A stretch of 61,623 nucleotides of DNA, the filler included, from Choristocarpus tenellus KU-1152 (taxonomy: Eukaryota; Protista; Phaeophyceae): NCBI GenBank assembly GCA_964200185.2. It is 12 parts of 12 records of this genome, joined end to end, with 100 filler letters (N's around TTAATTAATTAA, not from the genome) between each part and the next. Parts side by side here need not be neighbours in the genome. Positions count along the whole stretch, not along the records: positions 12,967 to 16,664 come from CAXNAD020018445.1; positions 16,765 to 20,174 come from CAXNAD020020229.1; positions 20,275 to 28,446 come from CAXNAD020005050.1; 9 more parts are not named here. One strand, written 5' to 3'. This document shows positions 12,867-24,989 of this stretch, piece after piece. Numbering within the stretch: the first letter of the stretch is position 1; every line of letters begins with the position of its first letter. Made by a program: the position numbers and the translations under genes. Under the pieces are notes generated by a model that ran no database searches, was not told where the DNA came from, and saw only the letters and a program-made list of their open reading frames with translations.

Positions 12867-13869
12867 NNNNNNNNNNNNNNNNNNNNNNNNNNNNNNNNNN
12901 NNNNNNNNNNTTAATTAATTAANNNNNNNNNNNNNNNNNNNNNNNNNNNNNNNNNNNNNNNNNNNNAACTCGCGTGAATATCTCTGGGATTTTGTGCCAA
13001 ATCGCCCGAATACGACAATTCCGATACAAAAGCCTATTTTTTTTAGCATGTCGAAAAAAGCTGTACAATATTGCATATTTTTCGATTTGGTTCATAATAT
13101 TTGGCCCAAAATAGGGGTAGGTACTGTGATGGATATTTTTGAGTGGCAGCAATGTTGAAGGGATGCATAGCATCTGTCAAACCACTAGCTGTCAGCTGTG
13201 CCGAAACAACATGCTCGAGCATAACAACATACAATCATGCAACAGTAAGAACAAACGGCGTTTCCTCACCGATTTCGGTCTAAACCCATATATATGCCAC
13301 CAAAATCACAAATGCATATCTTCACCTACAACCACAAACCAAGGTAACACGAAGGACACGAAAAATATGGAATGTAAAAGGAAGAGTAATAATAGTAATA
13401 CCGCTTATGAAACAGGAAGGGGAGGTGGGGAGGGCGTAACTTCTCTTTATTATGGAGGGTGGCTGTGCTGATCTCTCATAGGCACAAAATAAATTGGGAA
13501 TAGGAAAAGTCACAGCAATAAACAAGAACATAACAAAAACAATAACACATATCATCAACCACGTGTCTCTACCACGAGGCCTGAGTATAGTGTCCTCTTG
13601 AACAAGTCTAGAAGCAGCAGCGATGCTAGCGTTAATAATTTACTTTTTTACAAATTTTGATGCAGTGATATAAGCAAGCCTACCCTGTCCTCTAAGAAGT
13701 ACCTGGAAGTAAAAGGGAGGAGGGACAACATGGGGAGTAGGTGCCCACAGCAATTTAATCACGGACATAAGGAAGAAGACCCGAAGAAAAGAAGAGGTTA
13801 ACATATGAATGTTGCTGGACACCGCCCCAAGTACCCCATTCATTCGTGATTTACCCATAAATTTCAGTC

Positions 13870-13952
13870 TTAGTAGTAGTAGTAGTAGTAGTAGTAATAG
13901 TAGTAATAGTAGTAGTAGTAGTAATAGTAGTAGTAGTAGTAGTAGTAGTAAT
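13870..13952. repeat. (AGT/AAT)n microsatellite
   Basis: About 27 trinucleotide units; source of the poly-L and poly-S ORFs. Confidence 0.95.
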
Positions 13953-14372
13953 AGAGTGCTATTGATATTATTGGCAGCTATACTAGTGGTAGGTACGGCA
14001 GAGACCATTTGAGTTTGCAAAGCATGCTCCTCCTGTCCTTGGTTTCCTACGCCTTGTTCAGGGCTTGTCAAATTTCTGACAGTGCAAGCCTTTTGTGGAG
14101 TGTGTCACAGGTTGCAACCACGCCTTCACTCCACCCCCAGATCATGTCAAGGTTTGTACTCCCGTTCAGCTTTGGGTGCCTTCTTTTTGCGGTCCATCTT
14201 AGCGTTCCTCTCCCTGTCCTCCTCTGTCCTCTGCTGGAGTGTGAACACCACGTAGTCTGGAGCGAAGGGTCCATTAACATATTGTTTGAATTTCCTTGCC
14301 ATTAGGGCTTAGCCTTGAACAGCAGATTTCAAAAATTGAGGATGGAGCTTTTCATTGAGGATGNNNNNNNNN

Positions 14373-14541
14373 GTATCTGGGGGGGGGGGGTGTCTACACC
14401 AGGGTTTCCATTCGGGACCTGAACAGGAGAAGTGCACCTACATTATCCATTCGACGCATGCAACCAAATCACACGAAAATCTCGACATGGAGAAATGTGC
14501 TCCGAATGGACAGCAGTCACACACCCCAGATACGTTGAGTC
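14373..14541. mobile_element. MITE family A copy (left end in 10-N gap)
   Basis: GTATCTGGGG...TCTACACCAGGG...CCCCAGATACGTTGAGTC; interior matches 22015-22193. Confidence 0.85.
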
Positions 14542-14930
14542 CCAAGTCATCTCCAACTCCTTCCCTCGTGCGTAAATGGTCGTTGGTGGTGCAACATTAA
14601 TGATGTGACGAACAATGGAGGGGCAGTTATCCGCAAGAGGGACCACAAACATGTTACTCGGCTACTTGACGCCACTCTTTTCCATCTCTTTATTTCTCGG
14701 CCCTTCATGACCACGTGTCTCCTCGTCATTCCCAGAACTTGTACTCTCCCTACCTACCTCACCAATCGTCCATGTACACATCGTGGTCATTTTTCTCCTC
14801 TACACCTAAGTCACCCATTTCCTCAGCTTCTCATTTGGTAGAAGTTGTCTGTTCCCTGTACAAGGTGATATCGAAGTTGTACGTAATTTGCGTTGACGCC
14901 ATAGTCTATGGACTTGATCTATCATAGTCA

Positions 14931-15188
14931 GAGCCAAAGTATCTTCGAGGGTAGAGCCGTGTCCATTTGGGGTCAAAACCCAATGTTGCGATTTTGATGT
15001 AATTTTGGCTATCATTTTTGTTAGGAAATGTCAATATCTATGTTTCGGACACACCTTTTCATAACATAAACACTTTACCTACTCCTAAACATTTTGGACT
15101 AGAAAAATGTAATAAAAGAACCAATGGGAAGCCAAGCCCCAAATGGACAAACAGGGCAAAATTCGTACCCTCTAAGATACTTTCACTC
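14931..15188. mobile_element. MITE family B (~255 bp), full copy
   Basis: TIR GAGCCAAAGTATCTTCGAGGGTA ... TACCCTCTAAGATACTTTCACTC with a TCA duplication on both flanks. Confidence 0.9.
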
Positions 15189-15945
15189 TCACCTGGATGG
15201 CCTCACGCTTTCCTGCCTCTCAGTACGTATGTAGATCTGGACAAAGGATTGGTATGTACGGGTTAAGGAGTTAATATGGTGGCTTGGTATTTAGCGACTT
15301 GAGGTTTGTTGAAGAAGCGCTTGTTGTACCTTTATTCGCGCCTGATTGATTTAGACCAAAATTTTCGAACGGGTGTAAATTTCCACACTACTAGAGGAAT
15401 AATTATGTAGTACCTATGGATGGGTTAGTAGGTCTTGTAGAAGTAGTAATTAATGAAGGCAAGGGGACGGAATATATGTAGTGTCAGATTAATTGTTATA
15501 CCAGAAAATACAAAAATAATGCAGGGTAGGGTGGGTACAAATATATGCACATGTGAGAGTCCAGTTAATGAGGATGAAAACGATTGCACGTATTGGTGCA
15601 GAGTCAATGATCAGACTTAACGATGTATCACATGGAGCATGTATGTATGTAGTAGTATTGCTGTGGGGGAGGAGGATATGCCTGGGGATGTAGTAGTAGC
15701 AGTGGTAGTAGTGTTTAGAGTAGTACTGGTGCTACTATTGTTAACGACAAGCACATTTCAAGATGTATGTTCAAGTGTTAGTACAGAGCACTAGTAGGGC
15801 ATATTGCAGTCATAGTGTCAATATTGGCGATAGTAGTAGTAGAGGTTGGTCAGGCTGGAGGAAAGCATATAAACAAGAATGAGTCTTGAATCTGACTGAA
15901 AATATAATTTACCACTACTCCGGAATATTTGTGTTGGAGGCTATT

Positions 15946-16200
15946 GAATGAAAGTATCTTAGAGGGTACGAGTTTTACACTGTCCATTTGGGGCTTGGCT
16001 TCCCATGTTTTTTTTAATGACATTTTCCTACGCTAAAATTTTTAGGAGTACGTAAAATGTATACATCATAAAAATGTGTGTCCGGAGCATGGATACTGAT
16101 ACTTCGTAAGAAACACAATAGGGAAAATTACATCAAAATCACAACACTGGATTTTGTCCCCCAAACGGATGCGGCTCTACCCTCTAAGATACTTTGACTC
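15946..16200. mobile_element. MITE family B copy
   Basis: GAATGAAAGTATCTTAGAGGGTAC ... TACCCTCTAAGATACTTTGACTC; opposite orientation to the 14931 copy. Confidence 0.9.
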
Positions 16201-16433
16201 TAAACAAATATTATGTTGCAGCACTAGTCGGTCTGTGGTTGTAAAAGCAGTTGTACAAGGTTCGACAATGGAGGAAGCAGAATATAGTATGCAAGATTGG
16301 GGTTTCGATGCTGTCAAACGAGAAGAAGTATAGTAGATGATGGAGATATAGTATATAAAGTGGTGATCAAATTTTTCACTGCAGTACTATTATTATTATG
16401 CCTGGAGGAAATGCGTGCCATGTCGTCTTTATT

Positions 16434-16664
16434 GTGAGAGTATCTTAGAGGATACGAGATTTGCCCTGTTTGTCCTCTTGGGGCTTGGCTTCCCATGGGT
16501 TTTTTTGACATTTTCCTACTCCGAAATGTTTTGGAGTAGGTAAAATGCGTAGATTATGAAAAGGTGTGTCCAGAACAGGGATATTGACACTTCCTAACAA
16601 ACACGATAGCGAAAATTGCATCAGGCTCAAAGTATCTGGGAGGGGGTGGTGGCTGTCCATTTGG
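16434..16664. mobile_element. MITE family B (16434-16623) interrupted by a family A terminus (16624-16664)
   Basis: Family B interior up to AAATTGCATCA, then GGCTCAAAGTATCTGGGAGGGGG up to the linker. Confidence 0.85.
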
Positions 16665-17343
16665 NNNNNNNNNNNNNNNNNNNNNNNNNNNNNNNNNNNN
16701 NNNNNNNNTTAATTAATTAANNNNNNNNNNNNNNNNNNNNNNNNNNNNNNNNNNNNNNNNNNNNCTTTACAACACCATGATTCCTCTTCCTTCGTAGTCT
16801 ATGTATCATATACAATGCATTCGATTTAGGTTTCAACACCCCCCTCCATAAAAGTTAAGAAAAAAATCGTCTTGTATACTTTATTCTTGTAAACTACACT
16901 CTAATAAACATTATTCTAGTACTCTAGTGCCTTCCCCAAAGTACACGATAACGCAGGAGTACAACAAAAAAAATAGGCATATCCAGATGTTGCTATGGCT
17001 AGAAGTGAAGCTGTACCCATCGCAGCAGCAGCCGCAGCGGCGGCAAACTGATCCTCACAACAGAAACAATGCATACAAACTGGTCCTTTCCTGGGTATAG
17101 TTGTGAACACAGCCGCCATCCTTACCCACAGCTCGCCATGGCGATGAAGGTATACCAGACCTCGAGAAAAGCTATAGACCACCATCTACACAAGTCAAAA
17201 ATTCACACATCAAAATACACACACACACACACACACACATTTTTTTTTGAGCAAAGAGCATCTATCTCTCCGACACGACAGGAGATTATGCTTCTGGTGA
17301 TGGTGAGAGAGTACCGGAAAGAGTGGGACCGTAATTTATTGCT

Positions 17344-17624
17344 GATTGAAAGCATCTTAGAGGGTACGAATTTTGCCCTGTTTCTCCATTTTGGGGCCTG
17401 GCTTCACACCATGTTTTTTAATTTTAATTTTTTTACATTTCATTTTACCTACTCATGAAATACGTTGTAGTAGGTAAAATGTGTGTGCTATGAAAAGGTG
17501 TGTCCGGAACAAGGGATATTGACACTTCCTAACAAACACGATAGCCAAAATTACATCAAAATCACAACATTGGAGTTTGGTCCCCCAAACCAACGCGGCG
17601 CTACCCTCCAAGACACTCTGACTC
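17344..17624. mobile_element. MITE family B copy (diverged)
   Basis: GATTGAAAGCATCTTAGAGGGTAC ... TACCCTCCAAGACACTCTGACTC. Confidence 0.85.
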
Positions 17625-19251
17625 AGGCTTATTTATGAATAAAATAGATGCAAAAAAAAAATGAGTGAGCGTGTGTCGTGTCCTAACCCCCCCAAAAAGA
17701 AAAAGAGTCAGGTAGCCATCCAACCCCAGCACAACAAAAAAAAATTCCGGGTGGACTAGACTCGTGTGTCTAGAAAGAGCTGGTGAAAAAAAAAAAGTGT
17801 GTGCTCTGCCCGCTAAATAAAGCACAAAAAAATAATCTCGTTTGTCTGTGTGTGTTTTTTTTTCTTTTTTCTTGTTTAGTCTCATGGGTCGGGTCACATT
17901 TCTGGACGAGTGTTGAGCAAAAAAGGGAAAGTCTAGTCCTCCCGCTGCACCCATGTGTGTCTCAACAGTCTAACCCTAACCCTATCCCTAACCCTGCCAA
18001 CACCAACGCCAACTCCAACTCCAGGAGCAGTAGATGTTTGACAGGAATACATTTGGAATTATTCGACGTATCGATTCAACTTCAATTTGAAAGCCTTAAC
18101 TGGGTAACAAAAAAAAATAACTCACAAAAAGTGTGGTTGAATCGACATCAAATCACTTTTTTAAACTCGATATATGATTTGATGATTCACATTACTCTAC
18201 CTACCTCCAGGAAAAAAGACCCCCAGGTAGGTGAGGGCCTCCATCGAATCGGGCGAAGATTTTGACCTAAACAGTCATAATTGCCATCATTTTACAGTAA
18301 CAAAAGCACCATCTCCTCTAATATCTGACACATGTTATTGCTCATGGTATGCCCAAGAGAGACTGAAGCTAGTTCGTCGCTTTGAGGGCCTTGTGAAGAC
18401 TGCTTACAACCCTATTTCTCATAACATCAACTTTACAGCACTGCACTGCTGCACACCCACCATGATTCTTGAGAGGGGGCACCATTAGAGTACAGAAGGT
18501 TACACACAAGGGAACATGTACAACCAACACAATGACCAACGACGGAGTCTGCTTGTACAAACAAGGACCTGAGGCGTACTTATGTTCGACGTACTTGGTA
18601 CAGTAGGTGTTTCATGACAACAGGTGTGAACGAAGTGACAAAAGGAACAAATTATACATCCTGTACCACCTCCAGACTAGTCGATAATTAATGATTCCGT
18701 GTATGTTTTACCATGTAATTCAACTTGTAGCTTTCGGTGACGAGCGCCTTACATGCGCCAAGCTTCTCAACAGCAGTAGAGAACTTCCTGTTAGGGAACC
18801 AAAAACGCAAAGGGAATCTTTTCCATCTTCCTGACAATGCATTGGGTTCCATATCCATGCATTCTATGCGCATGGTGATATTTCTTCAGCCAGCCGTAGA
18901 GCCCACAAGCCTACGATACTCTGCCTCCCTAGCAACTGGAACACTTCCATCACTCTATGTGCACAACAGTTCCCACTTCAGATAATCGAATTCCCTGGTG
19001 CAGTTATTCGTCCAGTTCAGTGGTTTTCTTTGGAGAGTAATCTTTGTGATGGTTAACGATGCCATAACAGTCTCTGCAGAAAATGCACATGGCAATGTTT
19101 GCGGGAGATGTGACCTGCGCAGAGTGCCAAAATGAGATGAAGAAATGGCATTGGCGATCAATAGCACCCAACACGAACGAAAGGGAACAAGGGGGAGCAA
19201 CAACTGTTGCGGAATGGGGATTACTTACTCGATATGTTTGTGCACCTTGAG

Positions 19252-19509
19252 GAGTGAAAGTATCTTAGAGGGTACGAGTCTTGCCCTGTTTGTCCATTTG
19301 GAGCTTGGCTTCCCATGTTTTTTTTTTGGCATCTTCCTACTCCAAAATGTTTAGGAGTAGATAAAATGTATACGTTATGAAAGTGTGTGTCCAGAACATG
19401 GATATTGACACTTCCTAATAAAGATGACAGCCAAAATTACATCAAAATCCCAACATTAGATATTGGCCCCCAAATGGACGCGGCTCTACCCTCCAAGATA
19501 CTTCGGCTC
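19252..19509. mobile_element. MITE family B copy
   Basis: GAGTGAAAGTATCTTAGAGGG ... CCCTCCAAGATACTTCGGCTC, flanked by TGAG on both sides. Confidence 0.9.
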
Positions 19510-19745
19510 TGAGGGAATCACTGTTCCCCTGTGGTTCCCTTTCTCATATGTAGGAGGAGGGTATGAAACGCACACCCATCCACAACAGGGTACGAGTATA
19601 CCACCAAATCTTTAGTTGGTATGGTACAAGATCGAGAGAGGTGAAATAGTATGCACTCGTGTCCTTTTTTAGTTATATTGGCCCCTCCCTGTTGCATACT
19701 CTTGGCCTACTGTGGTGATTGCTTTTACAGTTTTTGTGGAAAACA

Positions 19746-19929
19746 GACTCAAAGTATCTGGGGGGGGAGGAGGGGGGGGTTCTACACCAGGGTGTCCATT
19801 TGGGCCCTGACAAGGAGGAGTGAACTTACATTATCTATCCAATGCATACAACCAAATCACCAAAAAATCACAACGTGGAAAAATGGGTATCAATTGAACA
19901 TCCACCACCATCCCCAGATACTTTGGTCC
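19746..19929. mobile_element. MITE family A copy
   Basis: GACTCAAAGTATCTGGGG ... CCCCAGATACTTTGGTCC, flanked by AACA on both sides. Confidence 0.88.
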
Positions 19930-20274
19930 AACAGCCAGCTGTACGTAGCATGGATATCAATGATACAACCATAGTGGTGCACTCGAGAGGTGTAAGGAAC
20001 CGTTCACGTTCACGTCTTGCGGGGCATTGTACCATGAAAAACGCCAATGCCTATTGTACCTCCTTGGACATTGCAATATGCACGGAGTGGGAAGGGTGAG
20101 AGGTGACCAACCAACCGCATTCGGAACCAACAATACACAGGCAATGATTCGCATACAGTCATCTGGCTGCTGTGNNNNNNNNNNNNNNNNNNNNNNNNNN
20201 NNNNNNNNNNNNNNNNNNTTAATTAATTAANNNNNNNNNNNNNNNNNNNNNNNNNNNNNNNNNNNNNNNNNNNN

Positions 20275-20461
20275 AATCGCGACATGAAAAAATTGACCCC
20301 AAATGGACAGCTGCCACCCCCTCCCAGATACTTTGAGCCATTTTACCTACTCCTAAATATTTCGTAGTAGGAAAAAGTCATAATAAAATCCATGGGAAGT
20401 CAAGCCCCAAATCGACGAACGAGGCAAACCTCGTACCCTCTAAGATACTTTCATTTCACTC
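20275..20461. mobile_element. MITE family A right end (20275-20339) nested in family B (20340-20461)
   Basis: CCCAGATACTTTGAGCC is followed directly by B interior ATTTTACCTACTCC ... CCCTCTAAGATACTTTC. Confidence 0.85.
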
Positions 20462-20591
20462 AATAGTTCATGAAATCGTATCGTACCAGGGTAATTAGGA
20501 TACAGTAAATTGATACCTATATGCAATATATTAAAACCTGTAGTGGCAGTGGAGCATTTTGTTCTAGACTTCCTTAAAGAGGAAGCAGTTT

Positions 20592-20690
20592 GAGTCAAAG
20601 TATCTTAGAGCCACGTCCATTTAGGGGCAAAAATCCAATGTTGCGATTTTGATGTAATTTTGACTATTATGTTTGTTAGGAAGTGCCAAT
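20592..20690. mobile_element. Truncated MITE family B
   Basis: GAGTCAAAGTATCTTAGAG ... GTTGCGATTTTGATGTAATTTTG ... TTAGGAAGTG. Confidence 0.8.
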
Positions 20691-20806
20691 CTCCTAATTC
20701 TGCCCCTGGTCCCCTCTTCAAACCTTGATTCTTTCATGGTACAAGTATGTGTAGCTTCTCCCTCCTAAGCGTTTCTTGTTTCCATTGCCTTGCTCTGTGG
20801 AAGCAG

Positions 20807-21098
20807 GGGACTTAGAGGCGGTGAAAGGGAGGTAATGAGGGGTGCCAAGGACGGGCACCTGAGAATACTTGAGTTCCATGAAGAGGAGAAGCAGAAAGAG
20901 GAAGAGGAAGCGCTAGGCAGTAACTGGTGTACCAGAGTGCCTATGCAGTCCCGGTCTCGGCGCCCGCTTAATATACCACCGCAGTTGTTCTACTGTTCCT
21001 GGAAGTGTGCTAAGGAGTGGAACGATCAGTACTCTCCCTTGCAGCTTAGGCACATTAGGGGAGTGTACATTGACGTGGCTGCAGGGAGGATAGTATAA
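20807..21098 (+). CDS. Terminal exon of an unidentified protein (FYCSWKCAKEWN motif)
   Basis: Pyrimidine tract and CAG acceptor at 20806, open to TAA with protein-like composition. Upstream exons are not in the contig. Confidence 0.5.
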
Positions 21099-22014
21099 CC
21101 TTCTTGAAGGATGCCAAGATAGAGGAGTTGCGTGATCGTACATTCTGTATGTATGTATGTGTGGGCTATACTTGGGGATACGGAGCTGTTGTCCATACTA
21201 ATAATGTTATCTTGACAAGGGAGATAGGAACACTTCCAAAAGCGTGATAGCAAAGCACTTCTTTTATCAACCACGTCAAAGCTTTATCCTTTCGGTTGGC
21301 AGGGGTAGGCTGGGACTATCTACACAGTCGTTTTGTCTGGTACAACCATGAAACTGTGTTCGATTGTTACTACCTACTGTGGATGTATCTGGCATGTGGA
21401 ATGGAATATCTCCTGCAATTGTTTGCATGAGAAAAAGTAGATATTTTTGGAAACGTTGAGAGGCAAGGTGGACAGTGTGATGTGGGTTTGAGGTCCAACC
21501 TAAATTTAGAACTCAACATACGGACCACCTAAGCGTCGATTTGGAGGACGCACTTTATCCGCACAGAGTAGATTGGAGGTATTTAAAACAATGTAAGGCC
21601 TGCTGCAGGTCGATTCATCCCCAAAAATACATGCGTTGAGTGAAAGTCAACAGCTGAATCCATTGATGAAGTTATTGTAGGAATTTTTATTCCAGGTAGA
21701 ACTTGCAACAGTGTGAATGATCCTTACGAGGATTTTTTTTCTGTTTTCAGGGATGCTTTTGTTGCATTCATATTTGGGCGATTTGTTTCACCTTTGCATG
21801 GCATGAAACCTATGTCATTGGAATACCAACATACGTAGGAATCGTCAGATATATGTATATATATTTTTTTTGCGTCTGAAATCGTCACGGTCGGTAATAC
21901 ATAACACTTCAAGAAAAATATAATGATACATAGCACAAGAAGTCTCAGAGTGCACCACTCGGAGTGCTCTGTGTGTTGCTTGGTCATCTCTTGATATTCT
22001 TCATTATTTCTACA

Positions 22015-22193
22015 GACCCAAAGTATCTGGGGGGTAGGGGGGGTCTACACCAGGGTGTCCATTTGGGTCATAGCCAGGAAAAGTGCATATGCATTATCCA
22101 TCCGACATATGCAACCAAATCACACAAAAATCGCGACATAAAAAAATTGGACCCAAATGGACAGCCGCCACCCCCTCCCAGATACTTTGAGTC
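22015..22193. mobile_element. MITE family A, full copy
   Basis: GACCCAAAGTATCTGGG ... CCCAGATACTTTGAGTC with an ACA duplication on both flanks. Confidence 0.9.
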
Positions 22194-24989
22194 ACAAACT
22201 CAGAGTCGTCAGCCTCAACAGTAGTATCATTGTGGCCATCTTCCACGATCATTTTCATCTCATAGCCTCGTGTTTGAGGACGCCACATAGATCCTTTGAT
22301 AAGAACTTCACTCCAAACTTCATCTTTACCCAGCTAGCAACAAGTCCCAACAGGAGATCACATTTCCCTAAGAGTTTTGTGTATAGATGTAGAGTTCCAT
22401 CTCGTCAAGCTATGGTTTAATGTGCGCGCACCTTCTACCCAAGTCCACTCAAACGCCCCCCCCTCCCAATCCCCCAGGTGCTCAAGATCTCCCCTTTCCA
22501 CCTCCAAAGTTTACACGGCACAGAAGACCTTGTGTATCCCCTATCCCACTGATTGGCAGGAGCTTCCGTTGCCCCACTTTGGCTCATATGGCTGTCAATG
22601 AACCAGTAGGACATGATCAATAGTACTCTTGCCTGCCCCTTGAAAGCACATCTCTCCTAGACAACTCGAAGTTTTCCACTTGGTTCTTGGAACCAGCTTC
22701 CCTAACCTTTTGGACGTTACTTATGGCAGCATCCATCACCCATTCCTCCGTCACTGCAGTCATGCCGCCCCGCCCCCCATGATCTTGGTGGTTGGCCTCC
22801 CCCTTTGTACTGCAGCGTGGAGGTACTGCTGAGGCCGGCCATACTGACATCTTATGTTTCTTCTCCACCACCCAGATACTCCTTCCTTGGGGTGTTGATA
22901 GGTCGAGATCACTTCTCAAGTCACGAGAAATGTCTAGATATTCCCCTGAATCGACTCCTTTCTCCCTTACAAACAAATATCGTCTTCTTCAGGTGTCCTT
23001 CCTTGACCAACCCCTAAAAAATCAGACCACTCTCAGAACTTTCTGAAAATGCCCCCCAAGAGGTGAAAATTTACTGACATGGGTAAAGTAGTACACCGAC
23101 TTGAAGCTGAAGTAGAAGATTTCACCCCAATACTAGATCGGAATAGTACACCATAGCTAATAAGTATGAGATGATAAAATTGCTGTTGTAGGTGAACAAT
23201 TTGCCCAATTCCCGCTAATATTGTCATTTCAGAAAGTACCTTGAAAGCGTGATAATTATCCTATTACTAGTATTACTAATTAGGTTTATCCATAATAGTG
23301 ATATGCCTATATACACATTCGCACCCAGTGACCCAAGGTACAAGTATCATTACATCCATCAGATTGGAGCAGTCACAGACATATAGTTGAGAGGTAGTGA
23401 CTCCTAGGTATTGAACTCTTTTTCTTTGTAAGATCATTAGGTATATATTTTATCTCCCCTTCCTCCACACACTACTCCTTGCTTGCTGTGCAGGGGTACT
23501 CAATACAGTGTCTCACTTATACGAGCAGTAGTGTTCGTGGCATCATACTCGCAACACAATCGCAATCACCTACCTTATTTATCACACATGCACAACATTC
23601 TGCACTTCCTTTTTGTAGTGCCAAGTGTCTGTACATGATACATCAAGCGCTCCCTTAGTTTGTGTTACCAAAGAGCGAGATCGTTCTCAGTTCTACAGCT
23701 AGAGGTATCGCTGCAAACACGTCTAAGGATGTAAGACGTGCCTTCACACTTTCATTGAAAATCGAAATTGTATGTGGGAAACCTTAAATTAGACTCTGCA
23801 ATATCTCAAGTTCAGGGGGAAAAATGCAAGAAGGCAGATGATTGCACCCAAGAAAATACCAAGATAGTGAGTCACATGTGAAAAATATTTCAAGTTGGTT
23901 TAGACATGTATATGGGAACTCTGCTGAGGGTAGTGGCACCGAGAGCACTTTGGTGTGCTCTTTCTGCGCATAACAGGCGCTACTCATTATGAATATACCC
24001 TGGAGCACTACATGCCACCTTCAAGGCCTTCTTTGCACCTGGGAAGGGTTTCAGAATTTAACATGATGTGATATTTAAAGGCTGACCCAATGTTCCCTTC
24101 TAGACAATCCTTAGGAATACATTCCAGGAAACAACTGTTCATTGCGACAACAGTCCGAACAACATATAAGTGGTTGATTTGACTGTCGGTATCCTTAGAA
24201 TAAACAAAGAGCAACCTATCCTTGTACTAGTACATATGTAACTTCAAAAGCCTCTTACTCTTGACTACACAAGTCTTTGTGTGATGGAAGAAGAGATTTT
24301 CCAGCACTCATTACACTACAGCGGGTCTTCTCGGCATTTATAGTACATAATGATAGCAGGTTTTTATAGTGTGAAAGAAAATGCCGCCATCAGAGAAACC
24401 AAACTCCTATAGAAACTGTGTGTGGAACAAAACATACTTCAAACCACAAATTACGAGTGGGTGACAATACACATGCAAAGTCGTCAAAATCGATAAGAAA
24501 TAAGTAGGGATTGCTTTCCAACTTCAAACCAACCGTAAATCAAATATTACAAGTCTAATAATAATAACACTGAAAACAATGGTTGAATGTATAACCTTAT
24601 ATGCAGCAATTTGACCTTCGGTGGTGGGCATTGCCTTCTTCTATGTCAGGAATTTGAAACCTTCATACTTCAAGGTATACAGCTACAGTAGGTGGAATTA
24701 GCTCAAAACACCCGTTTTTATTGCATCTGCATGGTATCTCAATTTCCCTCTGAGTTCCCTTCAAAATCCCCCATACTGCCTCACAACAGATCTTCCGCGA
24801 GGCTGACAGGGTATTATTACCTACATACAAACTACCTCGTTACTCCCCTGCCTCTCCCAACCGATTCAATCAAAAGCCCAAACAAATGATCACACCCACG
24901 GGCAATAAACTGGTAGTGTGGCCGATACAGATATCATGATGACCCATTTCACTTCAGTAATCACAATCATTGGCAATCTTGACGATTAC

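Noticed and set aside
13640-14071. Poly-Leu and poly-Ser ORFs
   Set aside because: Produced by the (AGT)n microsatellite.
22200-23050. Protein-like decayed ORFs (also 11576-12380, 27715-28317, 45147-45461, 49060-49461, 57734-58330, 59156-59547)
   Set aside because: No diagnostic motif or consistent splice structure recognised; probably TE debris but unassignable by eye.
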